The notes beneath the pieces were generated by a model that was not told where the DNA came from, did not search any database, and saw nothing but the letters and a program-made list of their open reading frames with translations. Positions 37,693 through 46,632 of a stretch of DNA of 64,000 nucleotides are shown here, in pieces. The stretch covers positions 40,115 through 104,114 of the forward strand of contig JAGQGU010000041.1 in NCBI GenBank assembly GCA_020432165.1, in the 5' to 3' direction. Source of the DNA: Thermomicrobiales bacterium. GTDB taxonomy: Bacteria > Chloroflexota > Chloroflexia > Thermomicrobiales > UBA6265. Position 1 is the stretch's first letter. Each line of letters begins with the position of its first letter. A program made the position numbers and the translations under genes.

Positions 37693-40600
37693 CTACGCCT
37701 GGCGGCGATTGCGCAAGGTCATGTAGCCACCCAGCAGCACTGTCGGCCAGATGAGCTGCGGCAAGACCTGCGGTGTGCCGGTATCGCTATCGCTCTCCTG
37801 ATTCAACAACCCAGCCGCATCGCCCGAGCCCGTATTCGGCGGACTCTTGGTGCCAACACAGTTGTAGACCCACACCTCGCTGAGCGTGTTGTTCTTGACC
37901 ACTACATCACCCGAGGCATTGACACTGTTCGATTGCGCGAAGCACCACTGCCCACCTACTTCAGTGAGTTTGTAGGTGCCAGCAGCCAGCATCGGGAACT
38001 GCGCGATACCATCGCCATTCGTGCTCACCTGCACCGGAGTACCGATGTAGTCGCCAGTCTTGGTATCGATCTGCTGGATCGAGAAGGCGATCGACTCTGT
38101 TGGTCGTGAGCATTCGTTCTTGTAGTCGTATCCGCGCTGACGCTCATTGATCGGGCAGTTAAACTTCTGCACCTGGATCGCTCCATGCGTCTCGTCATAG
38201 AGACTCGGCACCTGGAAGACATAGCAGGTAATCGTCGCACCCTCGCTCTGCGTGGTCGAGATTGATCCATTCACCGCCTTCTGGGTTGGAGCCTTCGGAT
38301 CCGATCCGCAGAAGAGATAGTTCAACGGAATATTGAATGGTCGTTCCGCCCAGATCGTGTACGTGCCAGCCGGAAGATCATTGAAGGTCGTCTTGCCGAC
38401 TACTCCACCATCGCCGGTAATCTGCTTGTAGCGATTGACGCCTTCTGCGCGTACGGTGATCTGATTGGTCAGCTGACCGGTGGCCATACAACTCGCCTGG
38501 AAGTCAGCGAAGCTACTCCCACTGAATCCCGGCGCGCACGTGTAACCTTCGACGTTGATGGTTACCGGTTCCGGTGCCGGAGGTTCGACGTAGTTGATCA
38601 CAATCACGGTGGTGAGCTGACCCGTGGCAACGCGAACACGAGCGGCGGAGTTGCCGGCGAGATCAGGCTTGGTTTCAGTGAGAAGGTAGATCCCTTCCCT
38701 CACCGTCAACTGGGCGCGACCTTCGGCATTGGTCGTGAAGGTGGCGTTGCTATCCGTGCTGCCATCTTCCGCAACCAGCGTGAAGGTTGCGACAGCAGGT
38801 GTACAACCGGCAGTCTGCTTCAGTTCATTGTTGCCCTGGGCACCACCCAGGAATCGGGTGCGCTCGCCTTCATCACCAGCCGGGCACTGGAACTTCTGCA
38901 CCTGCAGGGTGCCGGTATTCGCCGGTGGCTGGTTCTCGAAGACAACTCGCACTGTAGTGGTCTGACCCGGATTCACGTTGACCGTACGCGGCGTAGTGTT
39001 CAGCTTGTAGCCGAACGGTGCCTTGGTTTGAGTGAGTGTCCGTGAACCGGGTGCCAGCCCAGAGACCGTGGCCTGACCGGTGGCATCGGTGCAAATCTCC
39101 ACATTGCCAGCATTGGTCAAGGTGAAGCAGGCACCCTGGAGCGGTAGACCAACACTGTTCACCGCCTGAATCACCACCGCACCATTCTTGTAGCTGTGCG
39201 GCACCTTTACGGTTGTGGTCTCGCCATTCCTGATGGTCACCTGGATATCGGCAGCGATCTGCCAATCGGGCGATGGCGCCAACGACTCACGCAAGGTAAA
39301 GGTACCAACCGGTACATTCTCAAACGTAATCTGGGCTGGACTTACATCGGCGTTATCGCAGATGCGCTGCGTTACGGGCGTTGTGCCATCAAAGACCTGG
39401 TAGCAACCGCCAGCAACCGGATCGCCATTCGGATCGAGCGGAATCACCACCAGAGTGCCACTCTCGGCTGGCGGCTGCACCTTGGCATTCTGCACGGTAA
39501 TCTGCAGCGCACCACCGGCCGTGATCGTAACCGTACGGTTGGCGGCAACCTCGTAACCAGCAGTCGCAACGGTCTGCTTCAGCGTGTACTCGCCGGCAGG
39601 AACATTCGTGAAGCGGACACGCCCATCCACCGTCCCATCATCGGCATCGCAGAACGGACCAAATGTCGATCCGCCGGTAAGCGTGTAGCAGGCATTGGTG
39701 AGAATGAGCGTCGGCTCTTCCTTCGCCACCGTCAGCACCGTCAAACGACCAGGTCGCAGGCTCATGACGATCTCGAGATCGGTGTTCTCACCCGGATTGA
39801 TCGTGACTGTCTGCGTTGGCGCCGTCTGGAACTGGCCGGAAGGTGCCTGCTTCTGGACAACCTGATAGGTATCGGCAGCCAGATTCTCAAAGATCACCTG
39901 ACCATCGTTCGGATTGGCATCAGTAGCATCGCAGGCAGTGGCAATGGTCACGCCATTCTTGACCACGGTGTAGCAGGCATTCCCGAGCGGATTGCCATCG
40001 TCATCCATAGTGGTCACCGTCAGGCTGCCCGGCTGCGCAATGGCGGTCAACTCGAAGTTCAACTGGCTGGTCTCACCCGCTGTGATCTCGGCATTCTGAT
40101 CGGCTGGCTGCTGATAGCCGGTCGGCACCGTGCTCATGGAAACCGAATACGTATCTGGATCAAGATCAGTAATCAGCACCACACCATTGGTGCCATCAGC
40201 GTCGTTGCTATCACCATCGCAAACAGTCAACGTACCCAGCGCGAAGCACGCACCTTCCACATTGACACCGTTGGCGGTCGTGACGAGCTGCAGCGAACCG
40301 GTTTCTGGAAGAAGCGGCAGAACCAGATCGACTCCGGCGCCCTCACCCGCATCCACATGCTGATTGACCGGCACCACCACATCCACAGGACGATCAGGTG
40401 TGTACCCCTCTGCCAAACCAACTTCATACTGGCCGACCGGGATGTTACCCAGACCAATCACACCATCAATATTGTTTGTATCGTCGGCATCGCCATCGCA
40501 GAGATCAATCTGCGTCGCGCCACTGGTGGCCGTAATGCAGGCACCAACCACCGGCGTATCATCGCTGTATTTCACGGTGACATCGAGATTGCCAGTCGCA

Positions 40601-43600
40601 GGAGGTGTTTGCTCCAGTGCGATCGGCAACTGCGCGGTCTCGTCGGCCACGATGGTCACCGTCTGCGGATCAGGAACATTGAACCCGTCGGGAACGCTCG
40701 TCACCGCTATCTCGTGATCACCAGGGGTGAGATCAGTGACCGGAATCGCGCCATCAGCATCGTCGTCACAGATCTCGCTACCACCATCGACCGTGATACA
40801 CGCATCGCCAACCGGATTGCTATCGCCATCGACGAAGGTGACATCAAGGTTACCGGTTGCAGGAAGTGTCTGCTCCAGTGTGATCGGCAACTGCGCGGTC
40901 TCGTTGGCGACAATGGTCACCGTCTGCGAGTCAGGGACATCGAACCCATCGGGGACGCTCGTCACCGCTATCTCGTGATCACCAGGGGTGAGATCAGTGA
41001 CCGGAATCGTGCCATCAGCATCGTCGTCACATATTTCGTTGCCACCATCGACGATGATGCACACATCACCAACCGGATTGCTATCGCCATCCACAAACGT
41101 GATATTCAGCGCGCCGACTTCTTCCACCAGGGGCACAACGATCTCTGGCTCATCAGTCGAGACTGTCATATCTGCGGCAGGCTGGAAGCCATCGGGCGCG
41201 GAGGTCATGACCAGTTGGTGGTCACCTTCAACAACATCCGGAATCACAATCTGACCGGCGCCACCCTCATCGCAGATCTCGTCGCCGCCATCAAGGGTGT
41301 AGCAGGCATCGGCCAGCGAGTCACCGTTCACCTCGTCGACGGTATTGATCGTGAGATCAGCAGTGACCACCATGGGCGAGACCACAAAGACAACATTGGT
41401 CGAACCATCCGGGGCGATCGTCACTGTTTGGGAGACGGGATCAGCAAGGGTATAACCATCCGGCGCGGAGGTCATTGTCACCAGGTGCTCACCCGGAACA
41501 ACGCCCGTCACCTTACGCACACCATCGCCGCGATCACAGAACGGATTGCCATTATTGAATGAATAGCAGGCATTGCCAACAGGATTCGTTCCGTCCGTCG
41601 TGGAAATAGTGAATGTGGTGAGAGTTTTCGCCACAGTAAAGCTCAGGTTGCTACTTCCATCGGAGGCAACGTCAACCGTCTGCAATGCAGGATCGGGAAG
41701 ATCATGGCCAGTCGGCGCAGAAGTCATAACGACGGTGTGCTCACCGGGAGCAATGTCGTTGACGGTAAGGACGCCAGAGCCATCATCACAAACGGCTTCG
41801 CCGTTATCGATGCTGTAGCAGGCACCACCAACCGGGTTGCCATTCTTGTCGACGGTGGTGATAGCAAACGAGGTTGTGGTTGGTTGTTCAGGTACGAGAT
41901 CAATCGTTGTAGTCTCACCCGAAGTGAGCGTGACGGGTGTGGGGCCTGCCTGAATGAGCTCATCCGGTCCCTGATAGACCACGACCTCGAAATCGCCTTC
42001 CTGGAGACCCGTCATGCGAATCAGGCCAGGAGTGTCGTCGGTATCGTTGTCGCCGTTATCACAGGCGTACGGAATATCCAGCAGCCCGATAGCGCCAGCG
42101 GAGTCTATCTCCACACAAACCTGGGTATCAGAAGGAACGGTGACAGCCAGCGAAGCACCCTCGGCGACCTCTGTTGGCTCTTCCGTTGGAACCTCAGTTG
42201 GCTCTTCGGTGGGAACTTCGGTTGGCTCACCGGCAATCGGTGCGGATATGGTTACTGCCTTCTGAATATCGGCCTCAACCACAAAAGTGGTGTCAGCGGC
42301 GGTCTCATACCCATCTGGCGTGCGGGTCTCACGAATCGTTTGTTCGCCCACCGGGATATCGTAGATACCGGTCGTGCCATCGTCCGCAACAAAGCCATCT
42401 TCGTCGCATTGCTCGCCAAGCTTGTTGCCATCAGCATCGAAGACCGCGAAACAGGCACCGCCAACCGGATTGCCATTTTCATCAGTCAGATAGATGACGA
42501 TATCGCCCGTCTGTGGTGTCTCGGTGGGTGTGGCCGTGGCCTCTTCTGTTGGAGCTGCCATTACCGGTGCAATGATGGTAACCGCTTTCTGCACATCGGC
42601 TTCAACGACGAAGCTGGTATCCGGCGCAGTTTCAGAGCCATCAGGTGTCCGCGTCTGCTTAATGGTCTGCTCGCCCACCGGGATATCGTAGATACCGGTC
42701 GTGCCATCGTCCGCGACAAAGCCATCCTCATCGCACTGTTCGCCAAGTTTGTTGTTGCTGGAATCGAAAACAGCGAAGCAGGCACCACCAATCGGATTGC
42801 CATTCTCGTCCGTCAAATAGATGACGATGTCACCGGTTTGCGTGGGAACCTCAGTAGCTTCCTCGGTCGGAACCTCGGTTGGTTCTTCCGTGGCCTCTTC
42901 AGTTGGTATTTCAACCACGGTGGCATTGGACTGCACCGACTGATTCACTACCTGGTCCGCGGCCACGCTTACCGATGTGTCGGTCGCAGGCTCGTAGCCA
43001 TCGGGTGTGCGGGTTTCGTGCAGGGTGTAGTCGCCGACCGGGACTCCAAGCAGGCCGATGCGACCATCGTCGGCCACATCACCATCTTCATCGCAGGCGG
43101 AAGCAACCGAGTTGCCGTTCTCATGCTGAATCTCGAAGCAGGCACCGCCAACCGCGTTACCGTTCTCATCCTGGCGCAGCACGACCAGATCGCCCGTTTG
43201 GGTCGTCTCCGAGCTCACCTGAATGAGTCCTGCACCAGAGCTTACTTGCTGGGTATTGGCGCCAGTTTGCAGATCGATCTGCTGATCGTCCACCGGATCC
43301 TGACCGTCGGCGGGTGTGGTTTCCCGCAATGTATAGGTTCCCGATTGGAAGCCAGCCGGGAAGTTCAGCGTTGTTTGGCCATCGTTATTGCCATCATCGC
43401 TATCGCAGCCGCGACTCTGGCTGGCGCCATCCAGCACGAAACAACTCCCGCTCAGCGGATTGCCATCGGCATCCGTGCGCTGAACGGTGAGATTGCCATT
43501 ACCCAGAGCCTGAACATTCGTGACATTGCCATCGGCGTCAAAACTGATGCTATTGCTACCGGCGGAGAGATTCACGTTGCCGGTTACGCTGCCGGTATCG

Positions 43601-44202
43601 AGATTGATCTGGTAGTCAACCGGTCCATCGTTGCTGACATTAACGGAGGAGGCTACAAACCCACTGCCATCCTGGGCTAGGGCAATGGTGCCAAAGGAAC
43701 CATTCAGGGTGGCAACGCGCGCCACAGGCGAGACATTACTCTCCCTCGTAGCACTATTGAACTCGACATATACGCCGGTCTGATCGTCGGCAACATTCAC
43801 ATTACCGCTGCCGAGATCATATTCGGCTCCACTCGTATCAATACCGACAAGTTGCCAGGACGAGGAAAGAGGGCCGGTGGTGAATACACCTGTCCAGAAA
43901 CCGCCGTTCGACTGGAGCGTGGATGCCGAACACCCGGTGTCCCAGGCGTTACAGCCGAGCTGCGTCTGAAAATCGCCAACGAGGACAACGCGATTGAAGC
44001 TGGCGATATCGCGATCAAGTGGTTGCTGGGCGGCGAGCATGCTGGCCTGAGCAGCACTCATTGTCGTATTGGCGGAAGCCTCCGTAGTAATAAGAGGACT
44101 AAAGAGACTGATGAGCATGGCCACCAGGCCCAACAAATGCAGGAATCCGCCACTACTACGGGTCTGCAGCGCTTTGCTACGTGTGCCTGAGGTGCGTGCC
44201 AT
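37693..44202 (-). CDS. giant cell-surface protein with ~19 SpaA/Cna-B-like beta-sandwich modules and PPNTG C-terminal sorting signal
   Basis: 2169 aa; signal peptide ...TTEASA; repeated ~85-110-aa module (G.CF/Y ... CD.D..DG ... P.G.Y.L.ET..P.GY); PTEE linkers; PPNTGSG (37828-37842), 25-aa spacer, hydrophobic helix, RNRRQA. Confidence 0.9.
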   Translation of the reverse strand: MARTSGTRSKALQTRSSGGFLHLLGLVAMLISLFSPLITTEASANTTMSAAQASMLAAQQPLDRDIASFNRVVLVGDFQTQLGCNAWDTGCSASTLQSNGGFWTGVFTTGPLSSSWQLVGIDTSGAEYDLGSGNVNVADDQTGVYVEFNSATRESNVSPVARVATLNGSFGTIALAQDGSGFVASSVNVSNDGPVDYQINLDTGSVTGNVNLSAGSNSISFDADGNVTNVQALGNGNLTVQRTDADGNPLSGSCFVLDGASQSRGCDSDDGNNDGQTTLNFPAGFQSGTYTLRETTPADGQDPVDDQQIDLQTGANTQQVSSGAGLIQVSSETTQTGDLVVLRQDENGNAVGGACFEIQHENGNSVASACDEDGDVADDGRIGLLGVPVGDYTLHETRTPDGYEPATDTSVSVAADQVVNQSVQSNATVVEIPTEEATEEPTEVPTEEATEVPTQTGDIVIYLTDENGNPIGGACFAVFDSSNNKLGEQCDEDGFVADDGTTGIYDIPVGEQTIKQTRTPDGSETAPDTSFVVEADVQKAVTIIAPVMAAPTEEATATPTETPQTGDIVIYLTDENGNPVGGACFAVFDADGNKLGEQCDEDGFVADDGTTGIYDIPVGEQTIRETRTPDGYETAADTTFVVEADIQKAVTISAPIAGEPTEVPTEEPTEVPTEEPTEVAEGASLAVTVPSDTQVCVEIDSAGAIGLLDIPYACDNGDNDTDDTPGLIRMTGLQEGDFEVVVYQGPDELIQAGPTPVTLTSGETTTIDLVPEQPTTTSFAITTVDKNGNPVGGACYSIDNGEAVCDDGSGVLTVNDIAPGEHTVVMTSAPTGHDLPDPALQTVDVASDGSSNLSFTVAKTLTTFTISTTDGTNPVGNACYSFNNGNPFCDRGDGVRKVTGVVPGEHLVTMTSAPDGYTLADPVSQTVTIAPDGSTNVVFVVSPMVVTADLTINTVDEVNGDSLADACYTLDGGDEICDEGGAGQIVIPDVVEGDHQLVMTSAPDGFQPAADMTVSTDEPEIVVPLVEEVGALNITFVDGDSNPVGDVCIIVDGGNEICDDDADGTIPVTDLTPGDHEIAVTSVPDGFDVPDSQTVTIVANETAQLPITLEQTLPATGNLDVTFVDGDSNPVGDACITVDGGSEICDDDADGAIPVTDLTPGDHEIAVTSVPDGFNVPDPQTVTIVADETAQLPIALEQTPPATGNLDVTVKYSDDTPVVGACITATSGATQIDLCDGDADDTNNIDGVIGLGNIPVGQYEVGLAEGYTPDRPVDVVVPVNQHVDAGEGAGVDLVLPLLPETGSLQLVTTANGVNVEGACFALGTLTVCDGDSNDADGTNGVVLITDLDPDTYSVSMSTVPTGYQQPADQNAEITAGETSQLNFELTAIAQPGSLTVTTMDDDGNPLGNACYTVVKNGVTIATACDATDANPNDGQVIFENLAADTYQVVQKQAPSGQFQTAPTQTVTINPGENTDLEIVMSLRPGRLTVLTVAKEEPTLILTNACYTLTGGSTFGPFCDADDGTVDGRVRFTNVPAGEYTLKQTVATAGYEVAANRTVTITAGGALQITVQNAKVQPPAESGTLVVIPLDPNGDPVAGGCYQVFDGTTPVTQRICDNADVSPAQITFENVPVGTFTLRESLAPSPDWQIAADIQVTIRNGETTTVKVPHSYKNGAVVIQAVNSVGLPLQGACFTLTNAGNVEICTDATGQATVSGLAPGSRTLTQTKAPFGYKLNTTPRTVNVNPGQTTTVRVVFENQPPANTGTLQVQKFQCPAGDEGERTRFLGGAQGNNELKQTAGCTPAVATFTLVAEDGSTDSNATFTTNAEGRAQLTVREGIYLLTETKPDLAGNSAARVRVATGQLTTVIVINYVEPPAPEPVTINVEGYTCAPGFSGSSFADFQASCMATGQLTNQITVRAEGVNRYKQITGDGGVVGKTTFNDLPAGTYTIWAERPFNIPLNYLFCGSDPKAPTQKAVNGSISTTQSEGATITCYVFQVPSLYDETHGAIQVQKFNCPINERQRGYDYKNECSRPTESIAFSIQQIDTKTGDYIGTPVQVSTNGDGIAQFPMLAAGTYKLTEVGGQWCFAQSNSVNASGDVVVKNNTLSEVWVYNCVGTKSPPNTGSGDAAGLLNQESDSDTGTPQVLPQLIWPTVLLGGYMTLRNRRQA
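40576..41097 (-). repeat. intragenic 2 x 261-bp tandem duplication (87-aa module)
   Basis: 40576-40836 vs 40837-41097 align without gaps at high identity by eye. Confidence 0.8.
42239..42840 (-). repeat. intragenic 2 x 327-bp tandem duplication (109-aa module + linker)
   Basis: e.g. CACCGGGATATCGTAGATACCGGTCGTGCCATCGTCCGC at both 42349 and 42676; encoded modules ~88% identical by eye. Confidence 0.75.
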
Positions 44203-44287
44203 CTCTCATCTCCGCCTTACAACGCCAGTGTCGAGTTCTCCGAGGCTTGTGATCATGATAGCGTCCCGGTGACGCTTCAGTTCCTTT

Positions 44288-44323
44288 CCATGGCGGCGAA
44301 GGCTGATGCCCATGCCGCCATGG
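44288..44323 (-). terminator. stem-loop after aroA
   Basis: 10-bp stem CCATGGCGGC/GCCGCCATGG with 16-nt loop, ~100 nt past the aroA stop. Confidence 0.4.
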
Positions 44324-44426
44324 AGCGGCGACGCGATTGGGAAAGGGAAGAGTGAGGACAAGATGTCCGTTGATGCCGCCGCTCACTATCAGGAACGTCC
44401 GATAGCGGTATTTGGTTACATGCCCC

Positions 44427-45761
44427 TCAGATCAATCGATCGGTACCTGTGAGCGCGAGCAGGCGATCCCAGTAATCGGGGAAGGTCTTGGCGGTGCAAC
44501 CAGGATCGAGAATACGCACACCCGGCGCGCGCAAGCCGGTAACGCCAAAGCTCATGGCCATACGATGATCGTCGTAGGTCTCTATTTCCGCCGGGATGAT
44601 CGGTCCCGGATAGATGGTCATGCCATCATCGAATTCATCCACGCGTTGCCCGAGCTTACGTAGCTCTGTAACGACATCATGGACCCGATCCGTCTCTTTA
44701 AGACGATTGTGGGCGATACCACGAATGGTCACCGGACTATCAGCAAAGGGCGCGATGGCAGCAAGCGTTTGGGCGGTGTCGCTCACTTCGGTCATATCGA
44801 AATCACCGCCACGGAGCTTGCCACCCTCGGGGCCGCGCACAATCGTCTCGGTATCGCGAATATCCACGTCCGCACCCATCACCTCAAGAACGCTGACGAA
44901 ATCGAGATCGCCTTGCAGCGATTCGATCCCCAGACCTTCCACCCGGACGCTGCCACCCGTGATCGCCGCTGCGGCAAAGAAGTAGCTGGCATTCGAGGCA
45001 TCTGGCTCGATCTCGTAGACACGCCCGGAATAATGCTGCCCGGCCTCGACCCGAAATTCGCTATAGTCTTCCTCGATTTCCGCGACCACACCAAATGCAG
45101 CCATAACATCGGCGGTGATATCGATATAGGGTGCGGAGACAAGTTCGCCTTCAACCCGAATCGTCATACCGTTGCGCGCATACGGCGCGGCAATGAGCAG
45201 GCCGGTGAAGTACTGGCTGCTCTTGTCGCCAGCCAGAGACACGCTCTCACCCGCGATTCCGTTGGCGTGAAACTCCAGCGGCGGATAGCCATCAACCATC
45301 GTCGAACGCACATCCACACCCAGATCGCGGAGGGCGCCGATCATTGGCGCGATCGGGCGCTCACGCATACGCGGTACACCATCGAGCACATAATGCCCGT
45401 GCCCGAGCGCGACTGCCGCCGCCAAAAAGCGCACACTGGTACCACTGTTCCCGAGGAAGAGTGACGCTTCCCCAGCGGGGATAACCCCACCCTGACCACT
45501 TACGACAAAACTCTCGGCGGCAGGATCACTCACTACCCGGATACCGAGTTGATTCAATGCAGCTGCCATGTATTGGGTATCGTCCGAGAAGAGTGCCCCG
45601 GTCAGTGTGGATTCGCCTTCCGCCAATGCCGCAATCAGAAGAGCGCGATTGGTAATGCTTTTGCTGCCTGGCACCTTGACCGTACCGGTAACTGGTCGCG
45701 TCACCGGGGCGAGCTCGAGTACCTCGGAGCGGAACGATGAATTGTTGATGAGGTAGCCCAC
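44427..45761 (-). CDS. aroA: 3-phosphoshikimate 1-carboxyvinyltransferase (EPSP synthase)
   Basis: start set to GTG 45761 (GGAGG 6 nt upstream); VKVPGSKSITNRALLIAALAEG, LGNSGTSVRFL, DHRMAMSF. Confidence 0.95.
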   Translation of the reverse strand: MGYLINNSSFRSEVLELAPVTRPVTGTVKVPGSKSITNRALLIAALAEGESTLTGALFSDDTQYMAAALNQLGIRVVSDPAAESFVVSGQGGVIPAGEASLFLGNSGTSVRFLAAAVALGHGHYVLDGVPRMRERPIAPMIGALRDLGVDVRSTMVDGYPPLEFHANGIAGESVSLAGDKSSQYFTGLLIAAPYARNGMTIRVEGELVSAPYIDITADVMAAFGVVAEIEEDYSEFRVEAGQHYSGRVYEIEPDASNASYFFAAAAITGGSVRVEGLGIESLQGDLDFVSVLEVMGADVDIRDTETIVRGPEGGKLRGGDFDMTEVSDTAQTLAAIAPFADSPVTIRGIAHNRLKETDRVHDVVTELRKLGQRVDEFDDGMTIYPGPIIPAEIETYDDHRMAMSFGVTGLRAPGVRILDPGCTAKTFPDYWDRLLALTGTDRLI

Positions 45762-45831
45762 GAAAATCCTCCAGAAACAGCAACGCCGGGGATGATCCCC
45801 GGCGTTCATCATAAATCAGAATGGATGCGCT

Positions 45832-46122
45832 CTACAGCCGCTGGTACTCCTCGAGATCGAGCACGAAAACTGTGGCAGCAGCTGGCTTGCTGGATTGCCC
45901 CTGCACCGTCACCGGTTGACCGGCATGTGCATGCTGCTGAATCAGCCCCAACACCTGATCGATCTGCTCTTCATCGGCACCAATCATCAGCGTGGTATTG
46001 CCGCGACGCAGGAAACCACCGGTACTGGCGAGACGGGTTGCACGGAAATCTTCCTCCAGCAACGCATCCACAACAGCATCAGCATCTTCGTTCTGAACAA
46101 CAGCAATGATCAGCTTTTTCAT
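45832..46122 (-). CDS. darA: cyclic-di-AMP receptor, PII-like (DarA/YaaQ family)
   Basis: 96 aa; MKKLIIAVVQNEDAD...RLASTGGFLRRGNTTLMIG...ATVFVL, collinear with B. subtilis YaaQ as I recall it. Confidence 0.85.
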   Translation of the reverse strand: MKKLIIAVVQNEDADAVVDALLEEDFRATRLASTGGFLRRGNTTLMIGADEEQIDQVLGLIQQHAHAGQPVTVQGQSSKPAAATVFVLDLEEYQRL

Positions 46123-46203
46123 GACTACAACTCCATCTCAATCAACGCCTGGATGAGGTGATGATGCGTTCATAGTACCACGCACCATTCGGAGAAAAGC
46201 GCG

Positions 46204-46632
46204 CTATTTGCCGATTTTCCAGCGCTGGGCATCCAGATATCCCTGCAGAATCACCGCCGCAGCCATCGCATCAATATGCTCTTTCCGCTTCTCCCGACGC
46301 GTCTTTTGCTGAATAAGGGACTGCTCGGCAATGGCGGAGGAAAGCCGCTCATCGTAGTAGATGACCTCTCTCCCCAGAGCCGCACCCAACGCATCGGCCA
46401 CCCGCCGCACTTCCTGCGCCTGGGGACCTTCGCGACCAGAGAGCCCAACCGGCAATCCGACCACGATCCGCTCGATTCCGTATTGTTCAGCCAGTTTCCG
46501 CAGCTCAGCGGCCACGTCACCCTGCGCATTTACGGTGACGAGAGGGCTGGCAATACTGCCCATCTCATCACTAATGGCAACGCCAATGCGTTTGCCACCG
46601 ATATCCAGACCGAGGAGTCGTTCCAGCTTCAT
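46204..46632 (-). CDS. ruvX: Holliday junction resolvase-like nuclease RuvX (YqgF)
   Basis: start trimmed to ATG 46632 (TGATG overlap with upstream stop); LLGLDIGGKRIGVAISD, IVVGLP, DERLSS. Confidence 0.9.
   Translation of the reverse strand: MKLERLLGLDIGGKRIGVAISDEMGSIASPLVTVNAQGDVAAELRKLAEQYGIERIVVGLPVGLSGREGPQAQEVRRVADALGAALGREVIYYDERLSSAIAEQSLIQQKTRREKRKEHIDAMAAAVILQGYLDAQRWKIGK

Noticed and set aside
39196-43680. Very long plus-strand ORFs (788 aa at 39196-41562; 658 aa at 41704-43680) antisense to the 2169-aa gene
   Set aside because: Their translations are Arg/Gly/His/Ile-rich and low in complexity, with no start context. They mirror the repeat structure of the minus-strand gene. These are typical shadow ORFs of a high-GC repetitive gene whose minus-strand product has a coherent signal peptide, modules and sorting signal.
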